A stretch of 64,000 nt of DNA from an uncultured Coxiellaceae bacterium (GTDB taxonomy: Bacteria > Pseudomonadota > Gammaproteobacteria > DSM-16500). The stretch lies in assembly GCA_964623075.1 (NCBI GenBank), contig CAZUVD010000006.1, positions 333-64,332 of the forward strand. Reading direction: 5' to 3'. Positions 18,779 to 29,743 of the stretch are shown here, in pieces; the stretch's first letter is position 1, and the number at the start of each line of letters is the position of its first letter. A model generated the notes under the pieces. That model ran no database searches and was not told where the DNA came from. It worked only from the letters and a program-made list of their open reading frames with translations. The position numbers were made by a program, and so were the translations under genes.

Positions 18779-18943
18779 GGTATCATATAGTTTCCCAGGC
18801 CATCCAGAGATTGATGCTAATGAAGCTAAGTTCTATACAGAGAAGGCAGCACAGGAATCATTCGCTGCTTTGTCTGTATCCTTAGTTCCTGATGGCGCAA
18901 TCGTAAGTGCATATGGATTTGAGCCTGTAAAGTAATTTAGTTC

Positions 18944-19056
18944 TCCACTGACCCGGTGGAAACTCGTAGATACAACCGTATCTATTTGTCGCCTAACTAG
19001 TGACTGATAAACCGCAAGGTGAAACAGTAAGTTACTCTGACGAGAGTAATGGGTAC
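18944..19056 (+). ncRNA. Unnamed structured RNA motif A, copy 3, ending 2 nt before tRNA-Tyr
   Basis: tccact-gaccc-ggtgga ... actgataa-acc-gcaa-ggt-gaaacagt-..ttactct/agagtaa-t-gggtac. Confidence 0.75.
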
Positions 19057-19058
19057 AC

Positions 19059-19139
19059 GGTAGAGTTGAGCAGGTGGTGAGCTCCGTTGACTGTAGATCA
19101 ACCGTTTCGGCTTTGTAGGTTCGATTCCTATCTCTACCA
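19059..19139 (+). tRNA. tRNA-Tyr (GTA)
   Basis: Acceptor ggtagag/ctctacc; anticodon arm gttga-ctGTAga-tcaac; long variable arm. Confidence 0.92.
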
Positions 19140-19217
19140 CAAACCTCCTAGTTAGGGTTTAATAGCTAGTGCGGGAGTTTCCTGTCCCCAAAATACAAAG
19201 ATTTTCAACAGGAACAT

Positions 19218-19301
19218 GGACCTGTAGACAAAGCGGCCAAATGTCCCCGGCTCTTAACCGGATGCCGAAAGGCTTCGTGGGTTCGAATCCCACCGGGTCC
19301 A
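19218..19301 (+). tRNA. tRNA with CTT (Lys) anticodon and an atypical long variable arm
   Basis: Acceptor ggacctg/cgggtcc; anticodon arm ccgg-ctCTTaa-ccgg; variable hairpin gcc-gaaa-ggc; T arm gtggg-ttcgaat-cccac. Confidence 0.85.
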
Positions 19302-20386
19302 CTAGAAAAGGAGAAATAAATGATGATTGAAATTAGTCAAAAAGATCTCAATTACTCAGAACTTATTGATCCGAGTGCTATTGCTAGGATTTACAAAGAT
19401 GAAGAACATGGTCACAAATGTTACACTTATTGTGACTGTGATCCTGATACCATCGTCGAACTTAAAGATGGTACTAAATTAGTGGTGGATGAATCCATCA
19501 GAACTTTAGGTGCTAGAATCAATAAGGATATGTAATGAGTAAGAAGAAGGATGCAGATTCTTGGCGTTACGGTGGTATTAAGCGCCGTGATTTCCGTCAT
19601 GCTCATGATGAACCTGAGGTTCCCCGCCACAAAGGAGCGAAGAAAAACACTAAGAAGTGGTGTAAGGGTAAGCAGGGTGTCGAGCATGTAAGTGTTCGTA
19701 GAACTAGAACTTACAAGAACAGTAAGGGTGAAGTTAAGACGATGTACCACTACTTCGAATGCGAGAATTGCAAAAAGCGTTTGCGCTATGATTGGAGCTT
19801 TTAATGGATGATGCTGTATGGGATCTTGTAGAGAATGCAGTTGATAAAGCTAAGGGAATGTATTGGGATGGATGTCATAAAATCTATCTTAGTATGGACG
19901 ATGAAGATGTAGCAAAGATGAAGGAGTATGGTTATGAGTATCACACTCCCAATCTTGAACTTCTGAAGGAATGGTTTGATCAGAGTTGTGGGCTTAGGTT
20001 CGTGAATGCTGTTCACACAAATCATGAGAACCCTAACGCTGGCTATGTTCAGCTTATCCCACAGTTCTTCTTTGATGAGGATGAGGAAGAATTTGATGAT
20101 TACGATGAGGATGACTTATGATTCTTAGATATGGTGGTTTGATCCTTTTAATTCTATTTTGCATCGGCTTCTTCTATGCTGTATTTATCTATGACAGTAA
20201 GAAGAAGATCGAAAGCGGTAATGCTCCTGTGGTAAATAAGAATACGCCGAAAGCAATTAGTAATCATGCCAAGGCTATTCGTCAGTTAGATTCCATTCTG
20301 AATGATCCATACTTTGGAACGTCAGATAAATGGAAAGAAGAATCACAGGATATTGTCAACGAATACTACAACAAGTAAGGGAAGAT

Positions 20387-21268
20387 ATGCGTAAGAAGAT
20401 TGCTATTCCGTTGATGGTCATGCTCATGCTCGCAATGAGTGCATGTGGTATGGCTTCATCAAAGATTAATGAGCTGTGTTTGGTGTATACTGGTGGTCTG
20501 ACACAGGATGCGGAGTTTGAGAAGCTTCTTCCTCCTGGGTCTAATAACAACTCCATCGGTATGGGTTCTACCGCTTATTGCTATAAGATTGATCAGCGTT
20601 CGTATATTGCTTCCGCTAAGGACGGTGCTGGTGACACTGGACCTGTTGAGGTTGTGTCTAAGGATACTACTCGTATGGGTGTTGAGTACCAGCTTTACTT
20701 CACCCTGAATCAGGAAGAGGAAATCCTCCGTGAGTTCCATGAGAACCTTGGTGTAAAGACTGAGGCATGGACCGAAGAGGGTTGGCGTCAGCTTCTGTTG
20801 GAGTATTTTGAGCCACAGATTGAGCGTGCTTTGGAGTCTGCTGCACTGAACTACAGTTGGCGTGATCTTTATTCTTCCGAGGCTACTCGTAAGGAATTCC
20901 AGAACACTGTGATTGCGAATGTCAAGACCAATCTTAAGGAAGTCATTGGTAACGATTACTTCTGTGGTCCTGAGTATGCTACCTCTGGTGATGAGTGTGG
21001 AGACTTCAAGTTTACCGTTGGTAAGCCGTATCCCATGAACGCAGATATCGTTAGTGCTGTAGAATCAGAGCAGACTGCTGCCGCTGCAACTAATGCACAG
21101 GCACAGAAGAACGCTCAGATTGAGGCTAAGGTTCTTGGTGACCAGAAGCTTGTGGATCTTTACGGTTCTGATGGTGCGTTGCTTTACAAGGCAATTGAGT
21201 CTGGTAAGGTTCAGATTATGGTTGTGCCGAAGGACGGTAACATCTCAGTTCCTGTTCCTGGCAATTGA
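20387..21268 (+). CDS. SPFH/band-7 family lipoprotein
   Basis: Signal peptide ending in lipobox-like MSAC; SKD...VEYQLYF; C-terminal Ala/Gln-rich coiled coil. Confidence 0.75.
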   Translation: MRKKIAIPLMVMLMLAMSACGMASSKINELCLVYTGGLTQDAEFEKLLPPGSNNNSIGMGSTAYCYKIDQRSYIASAKDGAGDTGPVEVVSKDTTRMGVEYQLYFTLNQEEEILREFHENLGVKTEAWTEEGWRQLLLEYFEPQIERALESAALNYSWRDLYSSEATRKEFQNTVIANVKTNLKEVIGNDYFCGPEYATSGDECGDFKFTVGKPYPMNADIVSAVESEQTAAAATNAQAQKNAQIEAKVLGDQKLVDLYGSDGALLYKAIESGKVQIMVVPKDGNISVPVPGN

Positions 21269-21272
21269 TTGA

Positions 21273-21307
21273 ATGAGTGTTGTACCGTGCTCATAAAATA
21301 ACGGTAC
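21273..21307 (+). ncRNA. H-type pseudoknot between the SPFH stop codon and a tRNA
   Basis: atgagt/gctcat stem; loop gtaccgt pairs with acggtac after an aaaata linker. Confidence 0.6.
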
Positions 21308-21311
21308 TCTA

Positions 21312-21386
21312 GGGTCACTAACGCTAATTGGTAACGCTGCGATATTCAAACTATCGTGATTCTCGGTTCGAGTCCGAGGTGGCCTA
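21312..21386 (+). tRNA. tRNA-Leu (CAA), short variable loop
   Basis: Acceptor gggtcac/gtggcct; anticodon arm cgata-ttCAAac-tatcg; T arm ctcgg-ttcgagt-ccgag. Confidence 0.8.
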
Positions 21387-21974
21387 CTGCTTGGGAAGCT
21401 GAACTACGCTTAAGGAAATAAATGTTACCGACTGAGAATCTACCGCTTAAATGGAGATTACATCATCAGTTTCTGAACTGGTTTTATGATACACGAGTTG
21501 GAAACAGAGTGTATCATAAATTAGATTGGTTTACATATCAAGTAGTTTACCACTACTCTATCGAAATTCAGAATCGTTTTAATTTGAGTCCTGGCGGAAA
21601 GTTTCATTGGTATACATGCATATGGTTCCGTCGTCTATTCGGAGTTGAAGATTGATGAACGTAGACGCTGAAAGACTCAGAGACTTTGCAGCAATAGCCA
21701 AAGCTGATGGTAGACCTGAAATGTCACGTCAACTAAAAGAGATTGCAGATAGAATGGATAGTGATGAGCATACTAAGCATGGTTGAATTGAACAAGCCCT
21801 AGCTACAGCTAATGCTAAGCTAGAAGGCGAATCTGCAAATGAACGACGTGAGCGAGTTATCTTAGCATTACATAATGCTCGTAGAGAATGTAATGCTCAT
21901 GGTCATGGTTGGGATGTAGCAGATGTCATTAAGGTTCTAGACGAAGAAGGTTTACTGTAAACTAGGAGAAGCAA

Positions 21975-22667
21975 ATGTCTGAAATGAGTATTACGATGTC
22001 CGATACTGGAATTCATAAGAATCCAGCAGCGGTAGATTATATTGGAAGTGCATTTGTCGCAGTTGTATTGACTGCGATTTCTTATTTGGTAGCTACGATC
22101 TTCGGATGGGTAGAGACTCTTGATTACTTGGAAGTCTTTGCAGTATTTACTTCTTATGCTTGCACATGGCTTTGTGTGAAGCAGCGTAGGTTCAATTATG
22201 TTCTTGGTGTGATTAGTTCAGCGGCCTATGCCGTACTGTTTTGGAAGCTGGATCTTTTAGCTTCCATGATGCTGAACATCTACCTTGTCCCTACGCTCGT
22301 CTACGGGTGGCTCAGGTGGCGCAAGGATGAGATTGCACGACCGGTAAAGAACCTCGCATGGAAGGCTCTACCGGCCTATGCGGCCGTTACAGGGGTCATT
22401 TATTTTGGAGCAGTGAAGTTGGTCGAGGCTTTTGATGGTCAGCTCGCTACCCTGGATTCTGCGATTCTTATTGGCACAGTCCTGGCTCAGTTCCTTCTTG
22501 ATAATAAGAAGCTTCAGAACTGGCTCGTTTGGGCTGTTGTGAATATCATTGCCATCTATGTTTATGCTACTGCTGGCCTGTACCTTGTTGCTTTCCAGTA
22601 TGTGCTGTTCCTCTTGAACGCTGGATATGGTTACTACTCTTGGAAGGGTACGATGAAGAATGCCTAA
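21975..22667 (+). CDS. pnuC: Nicotinamide riboside transporter PnuC
   Basis: Multi-pass membrane protein with YGW..W, DS, AQFLL..KK.QNW..W..VN and GY..W motifs; coupled to nadR. Confidence 0.9.
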   Translation: MSEMSITMSDTGIHKNPAAVDYIGSAFVAVVLTAISYLVATIFGWVETLDYLEVFAVFTSYACTWLCVKQRRFNYVLGVISSAAYAVLFWKLDLLASMMLNIYLVPTLVYGWLRWRKDEIARPVKNLAWKALPAYAAVTGVIYFGAVKLVEAFDGQLATLDSAILIGTVLAQFLLDNKKLQNWLVWAVVNIIAIYVYATAGLYLVAFQYVLFLLNAGYGYYSWKGTMKNA

Positions 22668-23667
22668 AGCCTTTGTATTGCTGACAGCATTACCACCAAC
22701 TAAGGGTCACGCTCATCTTATTGAGTTTGCACACGCATTAGTTGGTGTGGATGAGACTACGGTTATTCTGTCCACGCAACCTGATGAACCTTTTATTCAT
22801 GAGAGGTTCATGACAATTAATAGTCTGAGTTGGACAGTCCATCTTAACCAGTTTGTCCAGCAGGTTCCAGAAGGTCCAGACGATAATGCTTTCTGGATTA
22901 TGTGGGCTAAGGAATTAGTTGACCTTGGTTTTAAGCCGGGGGACTACATTGTAGCATCTGAACTGTATGGTAAGACATTGGCAGAGTGGGTGAATGGTGT
23001 CTTTATTCCCTACGATTTAGAGCGCAGGATTTATAACTGCACTGCTACTGCTGTACGGGAAAGGCCGTATGTAAACTTCCACCATATCCATCCTAGTTTC
23101 CAGCCTGTATTGCGTCAGACTATTACATTCTTTGGTGCAGAGTCGTGTGGTAAGACAACTTCTTCAAAGCACTTTGCTAGGGATTATGATGCATGGTGGT
23201 TGCCAGAGTGGGCTAGACCTTATCTGGAAGCTTTAGATGATCCTACTGTTACTGATGAGCATATGTATAACATCTGGCAGGGCCAGCTTGCAATGCAGAA
23301 GCAGGCTCAGAAGTTGCAGGACAAGCCATTTATTGTTCAGGACACTGATCTGTTTAGTACGATTGGTTACTGGAATATGTATGGGGGTATGCCAGAAGGT
23401 ATCATTGATGATGCTGTGGCGAATAAGTCTGATCTTTATATCGTTATGTCGTCTGACATTCCTTTTGAAGTGGACAGACTTCGCTATGGTGGTCATGAGC
23501 GAGAGTCGAATGATGAATACTGGCTCTCCATGTGTGAAGAGTTTGGTCTGAATTATGTGTATATCACTGATGAGAACTTTATCATGAGGGATGCACGATC
23601 ACGTTTGGCTGCGATGGATCTCTTTGATAAAGTTGCAAGTAAGCTTTCTTACGAAAGGGTGAAGTGA
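22660..23667 (+). CDS. nadR: NadR-like NMN adenylyltransferase / ribosylnicotinamide kinase
   Basis: PPTKGH (H/TxGH) nucleotidyltransferase motif; GAESCGKTT Walker A; PEWAR; DTD; D.LRYG. Confidence 0.9.
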   Translation: MPKAFVLLTALPPTKGHAHLIEFAHALVGVDETTVILSTQPDEPFIHERFMTINSLSWTVHLNQFVQQVPEGPDDNAFWIMWAKELVDLGFKPGDYIVASELYGKTLAEWVNGVFIPYDLERRIYNCTATAVRERPYVNFHHIHPSFQPVLRQTITFFGAESCGKTTSSKHFARDYDAWWLPEWARPYLEALDDPTVTDEHMYNIWQGQLAMQKQAQKLQDKPFIVQDTDLFSTIGYWNMYGGMPEGIIDDAVANKSDLYIVMSSDIPFEVDRLRYGGHERESNDEYWLSMCEEFGLNYVYITDENFIMRDARSRLAAMDLFDKVASKLSYERVK

Positions 23668-24913
23668 TGGATGTTAATTGGGAATCAGAAGAGGTTGATA
23701 GGTGGTTTGCTAACGATCAGTCACTGTATCATTATATGAATGAAGTCCTTGACACCTACGAAGATGATGAAGATGCTGCAAAGCAACTCCAAGAATTTGC
23801 CAGAGATATCTACCAGGACTTTGGAGACTTCTGTGGTCTGAGGGCTATGCAGTTGGATCGTGTGGATTGGGATTATGTTATTAAGGAGAATAGGTGAATT
23901 TTATTGTAGTATTTACAGGCGTGGATGTTCTTCCTCAGTCTTTTGAGACAAAGGAAGAGGCAAGAAACTTTAAACATGAACATCAGTACGGCAAGTTTGC
24001 TACGGTGCTTCCATTGAAGGGAACCTTTACAGAATGACTTCTACCTTTTTTCTTAATCAAGCCCTGCCTACCACGGAAAAAGAATTTATTGAAGAGATTC
24101 TAGCAATCTTGGATGAGTCTCCTCATTTACATAATCCAACAAGGGTAATGAACAGTGGAGTGGGAGGAACTATCTGCTACTACAATAAGCCACGAGAAGC
24201 AACAGAACTTTCTGCGGATCATTGTGCTATTGGTCTTTGGCTGGTTAATCATGATTTCCCCGTTGAGGAAGAACTTGGTTTAGTCCAGTGCCCCGCTCAT
24301 GATGCTTTTATTGCTCTAGGTATAGAAGAGGATTGGATTTATTCCGAGGGGTTTGGCGACTTAGCTGATGGTATTCAGGGCATTGTTGACTCTAAGCCCT
24401 ACCCAGAAGCTAAGACTCCAATCAGTTGGGGTGAGGCAGCGAAGAAGATCCGTTCATTTTATGAGACAGAATTGAGTTGACATGAGCGAGACAAGGGTAT
24501 ATACTGTAATTGAGACTGAGGCGTCCGAAGAACTTGAATATCATTTCGAGTGGTTTGGAAGCAAGACTGTTATTGTCACCAGTGACGATGGTGAGGATAT
24601 CAATACATTCAGTTTCATGGATCAGCCGACATTGGCTCAGGTTGTAGAAGCCTGCGAAGGATGGGAGTATGTTGATGAACGCACGCAAGGTTAGGGAACA
24701 GGAAGTAGAAGAGTTCTTTGAGCGTGAGCGTCAAGAACGTGAACCTCGCTATCCTCTAGCGAAGGATAGAAAGACTCGTTGGAGTTAGCAGTTATCATCC
24801 TTTTCTGCATTATATACTTCTGCCTTTTAGAAGTAAGAAAAGGAAGAAAGAAAAAATAGGTCTGGCATAGCCGCAAGTATGCCACCATCATGCGTTCGTA
24901 GTCGGGCAGGGCT

Positions 24914-25621
24914 TCACTTTTGAATGACTATATCATTGATTTTAATAGAAAGTTTTCCTGTATCAAATTCCCAGTGATGGTTCTTACAAAGAGCCACCAA
25001 ATTATCAATATGATTGACTTCTCTAATTAAAGCATCATCACTATATTGATACACGTCCTTAACATGACAAACATCAAAATGATAATCATAGTTACAAATT
25101 AGACACGCCTTAGGCTTATTAGATTTAAGATATTTTTTACGAGCGAGTCCTCTAACATATGATAATCGTGATCTTTGGTTAGCATTTCCTTCACCTCTAA
25201 CCTCTTGAATAGTCAAAGACTCCCAATCTATTGACTCTCTTTTTATGGGTGAATATTTTCTACACTCAGCAGAGCAATATGATCTAGTTTTTGTTGTGCT
25301 TGTGAATGATAAATTGCATTTTTTGCAAATGAATTCATATAATATTGGTTCTTTTTTACTTGCTGGCTTTCTAGAACTACGAGCTATGTTAACCAATTCT
25401 TGTCGTCTATTAAGACGGCAATCATCGCAAAAAACTCTTCTATCTTGCCATGATTCTCTTTCTAGAATCTTTTGGCACCCTTTGCAGGGCCATTGTCCCA
25501 AGTTTCTTTTTGGCCTTTTAGAATTATTAACTATTGCAGCGCAACTTCTAGAACAGTAAATTTTTCCATAAACATAATCAAACTCTTTACTGCATTTATC
25601 ATTTGAACAAATCATAATCAA
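24914..25621 (-). CDS. HNH homing-type endonuclease, antisense to its neighbours
   Basis: CLIC...DVCHVK...NLVALCKNHHWEFD; N-terminal YCSxxC repeats; AT-rich. Confidence 0.85.
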   Translation of the reverse strand: MIMICSNDKCSKEFDYVYGKIYCSRSCAAIVNNSKRPKRNLGQWPCKGCQKILERESWQDRRVFCDDCRLNRRQELVNIARSSRKPASKKEPILYEFICKKCNLSFTSTTKTRSYCSAECRKYSPIKRESIDWESLTIQEVRGEGNANQRSRLSYVRGLARKKYLKSNKPKACLICNYDYHFDVCHVKDVYQYSDDALIREVNHIDNLVALCKNHHWEFDTGKLSIKINDIVIQK

Positions 25622-25630
25622 ACCTTTCTT

Positions 25631-25700
25631 TCCCTGCGGGCCGGATGCCCAGATTGGACTTCTAATCCGATCATACTAGGTTCGACTCCTAGGCAGGGAA
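25631..25700 (+). tRNA. tRNA-Arg (TCT) with a compact D arm
   Basis: Acceptor tccctgc/gcaggga; anticodon arm ttgga-ctTCTaa-tccga; T arm ctagg-ttcgact-cctag. Confidence 0.8.
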
Positions 25701-25755
25701 CTCAATTAACAAGCTATAGTATGTATCGTCTGAAAACTTCTTATCCGTAGCTGGA

Positions 25756-25789
25756 GTTGAAAACACAGGTTCGAATCCTGTCGGGCGCA
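25756..25789 (+). pseudogene. Orphan tRNA 3' half (Glu-like)
   Basis: acagg-ttcgaat-cctgt-cgggcgc-a with no local 5' acceptor strand; candidate partner gcgttcg-ta-gtc at 24892. Confidence 0.55.
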
Positions 25790-27798
25790 CTAAAAGAATA
25801 AGAATTGGAGATATTAAATGAGTATTCATGAAGGTAATGAAACGCATGACGATGAAGATCGTTATGCCAATGATGCATGGAAGAAATACTGTGATTTATG
25901 TGACGAATACTCGACCTACACAGAAGTTAGACCTGACATTCATGTGAGGGCTATTGCATATAACCGTGGAGTTGAGTTAATTGTATTTGATGGAGTAATC
26001 CCGCTGAATCGTTCATTCCAGAGTACCGGAAAACGCAATATCAGCACCATGAGAGAACTTGCTAAAGCACTCAATGATGCATGTGATTTTGTTGAGGAAT
26101 CAAATCCAGAATGGGCAAAACAATGAAAGAACCTAAAGAGTATTACATCTTTACAAGCTTTGACTTCCTACCTCTTTCTAGAGAAGAACTTGTTATCTTT
26201 ACCAAAGAGTTAGCTTTGAAGCTTGTAAGGAATTACAAGGGCCACGACATCAGCGTAATGACTGATTCGAAGCGTGGTAAGATTGGTATGAGACAGGACA
26301 TTTATTCTGATAATATTGCAGATGCAATGCAGATCGTCCTGGGTAGAACATACAATGCTCTCCACGATGTTAGCGTTGATTTAGGATATGACTGTGTTGA
26401 CCTTGATTACTTCATGAAGAATGCAAAGTCAACGATGGACGTACATGAACTTAAAGGAGAATCATGACGACGATCGCATTTGTTAACTGTGATACCTGTG
26501 ATGATGGTGAACGTAAGGCCGTGCCTTATACGGAGATTACATTGGTTTGTAATCAGGATACGCAGAAGTGGACGTACACTTATCAGTGTGATAGTTGTGG
26601 ACGTAGGCAGGTATTCCCGTTAGATCAGACCCTAGTTCTGGCAATGCAGGCTTGTGGTACTGAGACTTTGGTAACAAAGAATCCTGTGTTGTCTCGTCGT
26701 CCTTATGGGCCTCCGTTAGATAACACCGATCTTAGCTCGTTGAGAGTTTCACTGAATCAGCACGACTATTTAGCTGCTTACGCTGAGGGATAATATGAAA
26801 ACACTTTATACTATTGCATGGATTGTATTCAGCATTATCGCTGTAATCCTAATGATTACAGGAGAAGATTATTCTCAAATTACAATGAATCTAGTTCTGG
26901 CTTTAATGTTCTATCAGTATGCAAAGGACGAAGAGTAATGCAAGGACAATACACAATTGAACGTAAGGTCGCTGATCTTGAAGAAGGTTATGAGTTTGAG
27001 CCTAATCGTTTTATCACAGACAAGAGTGATGCTGGTGCTTATGTAACCTATAAGTCACAAGATGGATCTGTTCGATACCTTGATCAGTATGTCTATGGTG
27101 CCAGATGTAAGATTTGGCTTAATGCAAGTAAGGTTATCCCTTGTGTTGTAGACTTTGTTCCAGATTCACATAGAGAACTTTGGATTCAGCTACAGAAGCT
27201 TGGTAAGTGTTTCTTGGAATACTATCCCGAAATTGATTTGTGGGTAGTTAGGTTCCCAGAGAATCCTACACTTCATACTCTCATTGAGCGTGATGGTGGA
27301 ATCCATGCAGCCGAAGCAATTGAAATTATGAGCCAAGAATTTGTTGCAATTGGAGTGGTTTATAACGGTCATCGTTGGTTTGACTGTAGAGATGTTACAG
27401 ACTTTAAGAAGATTTCAGATGACGAAGCAAGGAAGTTGATCGAGAATGAATAGCCAATTAAACTTGGGTGAACTTATTACAATCTTTGAGCAAATCCCCA
27501 AAAGCGCATATGGGGCACCACTTCACGGTTGGGGTAAACTGATTGCTTGGCGTGGAGATTACGGTGAATTATCACTAACAAGTGGAGAAAGCAGTATTGG
27601 TACCGCTTTCTCAGAACTTCTAGATGCTGACGGTAAAACCTTTATAGGTTACAAAGGCGGGCAATTCCAGATGCATTGTGGAACCCCAATCTGGGGTGAC
27701 AACTACGGTGATTGTAACGAATATAAAATTAAAGGTATTCGATTTGTTTTAGATAAAAATAATCTTACAAATCCTAAAGCAGAAATTATTAGGGAGTA

Positions 27799-28008
27799 TT
27801 GATGACGACTGAACCATTGTATCCAGATATTGAAGTGCAATTAACCGGCAATGATGGTAACGCTTTTGCCGTCTTGGGTAACGTTAAAAGAGAAATGAGA
27901 ACAAACGGTGTACCGCAAGAAGTGATTGACGAGTTCTTGTCAGAGGCTATGTCCGGTGATTATGATCATCTCTTGCAGACATGCATGAAGTGGGTGAGTG
28001 TAGTATGA
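27799..28008 (+). CDS. Small conserved phage protein, paralog of 40617-40820
   Basis: IEVQLTG.DGNAF...EAMSGDYDHLLQTC.KWV.VV. Confidence 0.8.
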   Translation: MMTTEPLYPDIEVQLTGNDGNAFAVLGNVKREMRTNGVPQEVIDEFLSEAMSGDYDHLLQTCMKWVSVV

Positions 28009-28377
28009 GTGAATACCAGATTCATACCAAAGATTTAGAAAGAGGTCAGGCACGACCCTACGCAAACCATGTGACAAGAACAGAGGTTACTGTTCTTCGC
28101 AGATTGGCTCACGAAACAGAGTTTACACCTTTAGAGGATCGTAGGCTTTTGGAACAGGAAGCTTTACGACTCTGTGCATGTATTCCTTTTGGTGTAAGTA
28201 AGAAAATGTATCCTTGGAAAGATGATAAGGAATGGCATGATACTTACATTGATTCTGTAGAAATTACTGGACCGGGCGTTGCTGTTGTGACAGTAATTCA
28301 GCCCTATATTGATTAAGGAACTATATCTAAAGTGGCGTTATGTGTCGTTATATTTCATAGATAACGAAAGGAATATA

Positions 28378-29079
28378 ATGACAATAGATAATGCTCTTAC
28401 GGCTAAAATAGAATCCCTTTTAGATAAAAGCAAAGAACACTGGACTTGGGCTGGCTCAACTAATCAAAAAGGTTACCAGCAAATTTCTTTTAATAAAAAA
28501 GTTTACTCTGTAAGAAGTTTAATATACCAAATATACATAGATGATAGCGCCACTGAAACAATTAAATTAACTTGTAGTTTTAAAAATTGTTTAAATCCGG
28601 AGCACATGATTGAAGGTGCTCATTTAGATGCTACTATAAGATTTTGGAAACATGTAAATATTCTTGGCATGAACGATTGCTGGGTTTGGGTAGGTGCTAA
28701 AGATACAAAAAACTATGGAAACTTCAATATAGGTAAAGGAAAATATATTAAAGCTAGTAGATTTTCTTATATGATTCATAATAAAGGTGAAAATATACAA
28801 AATCTAGAAGTTTGTCATAAGTGCGATAACCCTAGTTGTGTTAACCCAGGTCATTTATTTCTGGGTTCTAGACAGGATAATGCCACGGATATGGTCGTTA
28901 AAAACAGATCATTATTCGGAGAAAAAAATAAATCTCACAAATTCAGTAATAAAGATGTTGAAAAAATGAGAAGCCTAAGCCAAGAAGGATTAACAGTTAA
29001 AGAAATAGCTGAAATTTTTCAGGGCAATGTTAATTATATATCTGAGATAGTTCGCTACGAAAAAAGGATAAAAGGATGA
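28378..29079 (+). CDS. HNH endonuclease with two HNH-like modules and a C-terminal HTH
   Basis: CWVW.G, VCHKCDNPSCVNPGHL..G...DN; AT-rich. Confidence 0.88.
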   Translation: MTIDNALTAKIESLLDKSKEHWTWAGSTNQKGYQQISFNKKVYSVRSLIYQIYIDDSATETIKLTCSFKNCLNPEHMIEGAHLDATIRFWKHVNILGMNDCWVWVGAKDTKNYGNFNIGKGKYIKASRFSYMIHNKGENIQNLEVCHKCDNPSCVNPGHLFLGSRQDNATDMVVKNRSLFGEKNKSHKFSNKDVEKMRSLSQEGLTVKEIAEIFQGNVNYISEIVRYEKRIKG

Positions 29080-29118
29080 ATAAAGGTAGTCACCGCTCAG
29101 CGGATCAGTAATTCGGGA

Positions 29119-29505
29119 ATGCACGGAAAATGGCTCAATACAACAATTAAAATTGCAGAAAGTAATAACACTTACATTAAGTGGAGATTGGCCGCTATCA
29201 TTACTAAGGGCGGTTCAGTGCAGTCTGTGGGGCTTTCAAAGCTCCGTAGTAATCCTGCTGTCTGTGACTTTGATATGCCAGGAGTTAGGGAGAGGGTTTC
29301 TCTCCATGCAGAGATGGACGCTTTAAAGCGTTGTGGCAACCCTAAGGGTGCCACTATCTATATCGCTCGCATTGGTCGTAGCGGTAAGGTCGGACTCGCT
29401 AAGCCTTGTTCGCATTGTCAGAATGCTTTGATTAACGCTGGCATCAAAAAGGTTATCTACACTATCAATGGAATCGAATACGGCTCATGGCCACCAGAAA
29501 GGTAA
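29119..29505 (+). CDS. Zn-dependent cytidine/dCMP-type deaminase
   Basis: HAE...PCSHC motifs. Confidence 0.85.
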   Translation: MHGKWLNTTIKIAESNNTYIKWRLAAIITKGGSVQSVGLSKLRSNPAVCDFDMPGVRERVSLHAEMDALKRCGNPKGATIYIARIGRSGKVGLAKPCSHCQNALINAGIKKVIYTINGIEYGSWPPER

Positions 29506-29743
29506 TTATGAAGATCAACACTAAGACCAAGCAGGCTGCACATCTCACCAAGAACGATACCATCGTTCTGACCAACCAGACCTCTGGAAAGCAGAATACT
29601 TTCAAGGTTGCTGGTTGTGAAGTGAAGGAAGATGGTTTTCCTCACCTTCCAGTGCGGGTTTACCTCGCTACTCCTGAACTCTTCGACAAGAAGTCTGTTC
29701 GGGAAGTCGGCTACCGTTGGCGAGACAACGTGGAGGTCGTGGC

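Noticed and set aside
21312-21386. Opal suppressor or Sec tRNA (TCA), implying stop-codon recoding
   Set aside because: The 5-bp stem cgata/tatcg centres CAA in a 7-nt loop, and genes read full-length in the standard code; a short-arm Leu(CAA) is, to my recollection, not unusual in Actinobacteria
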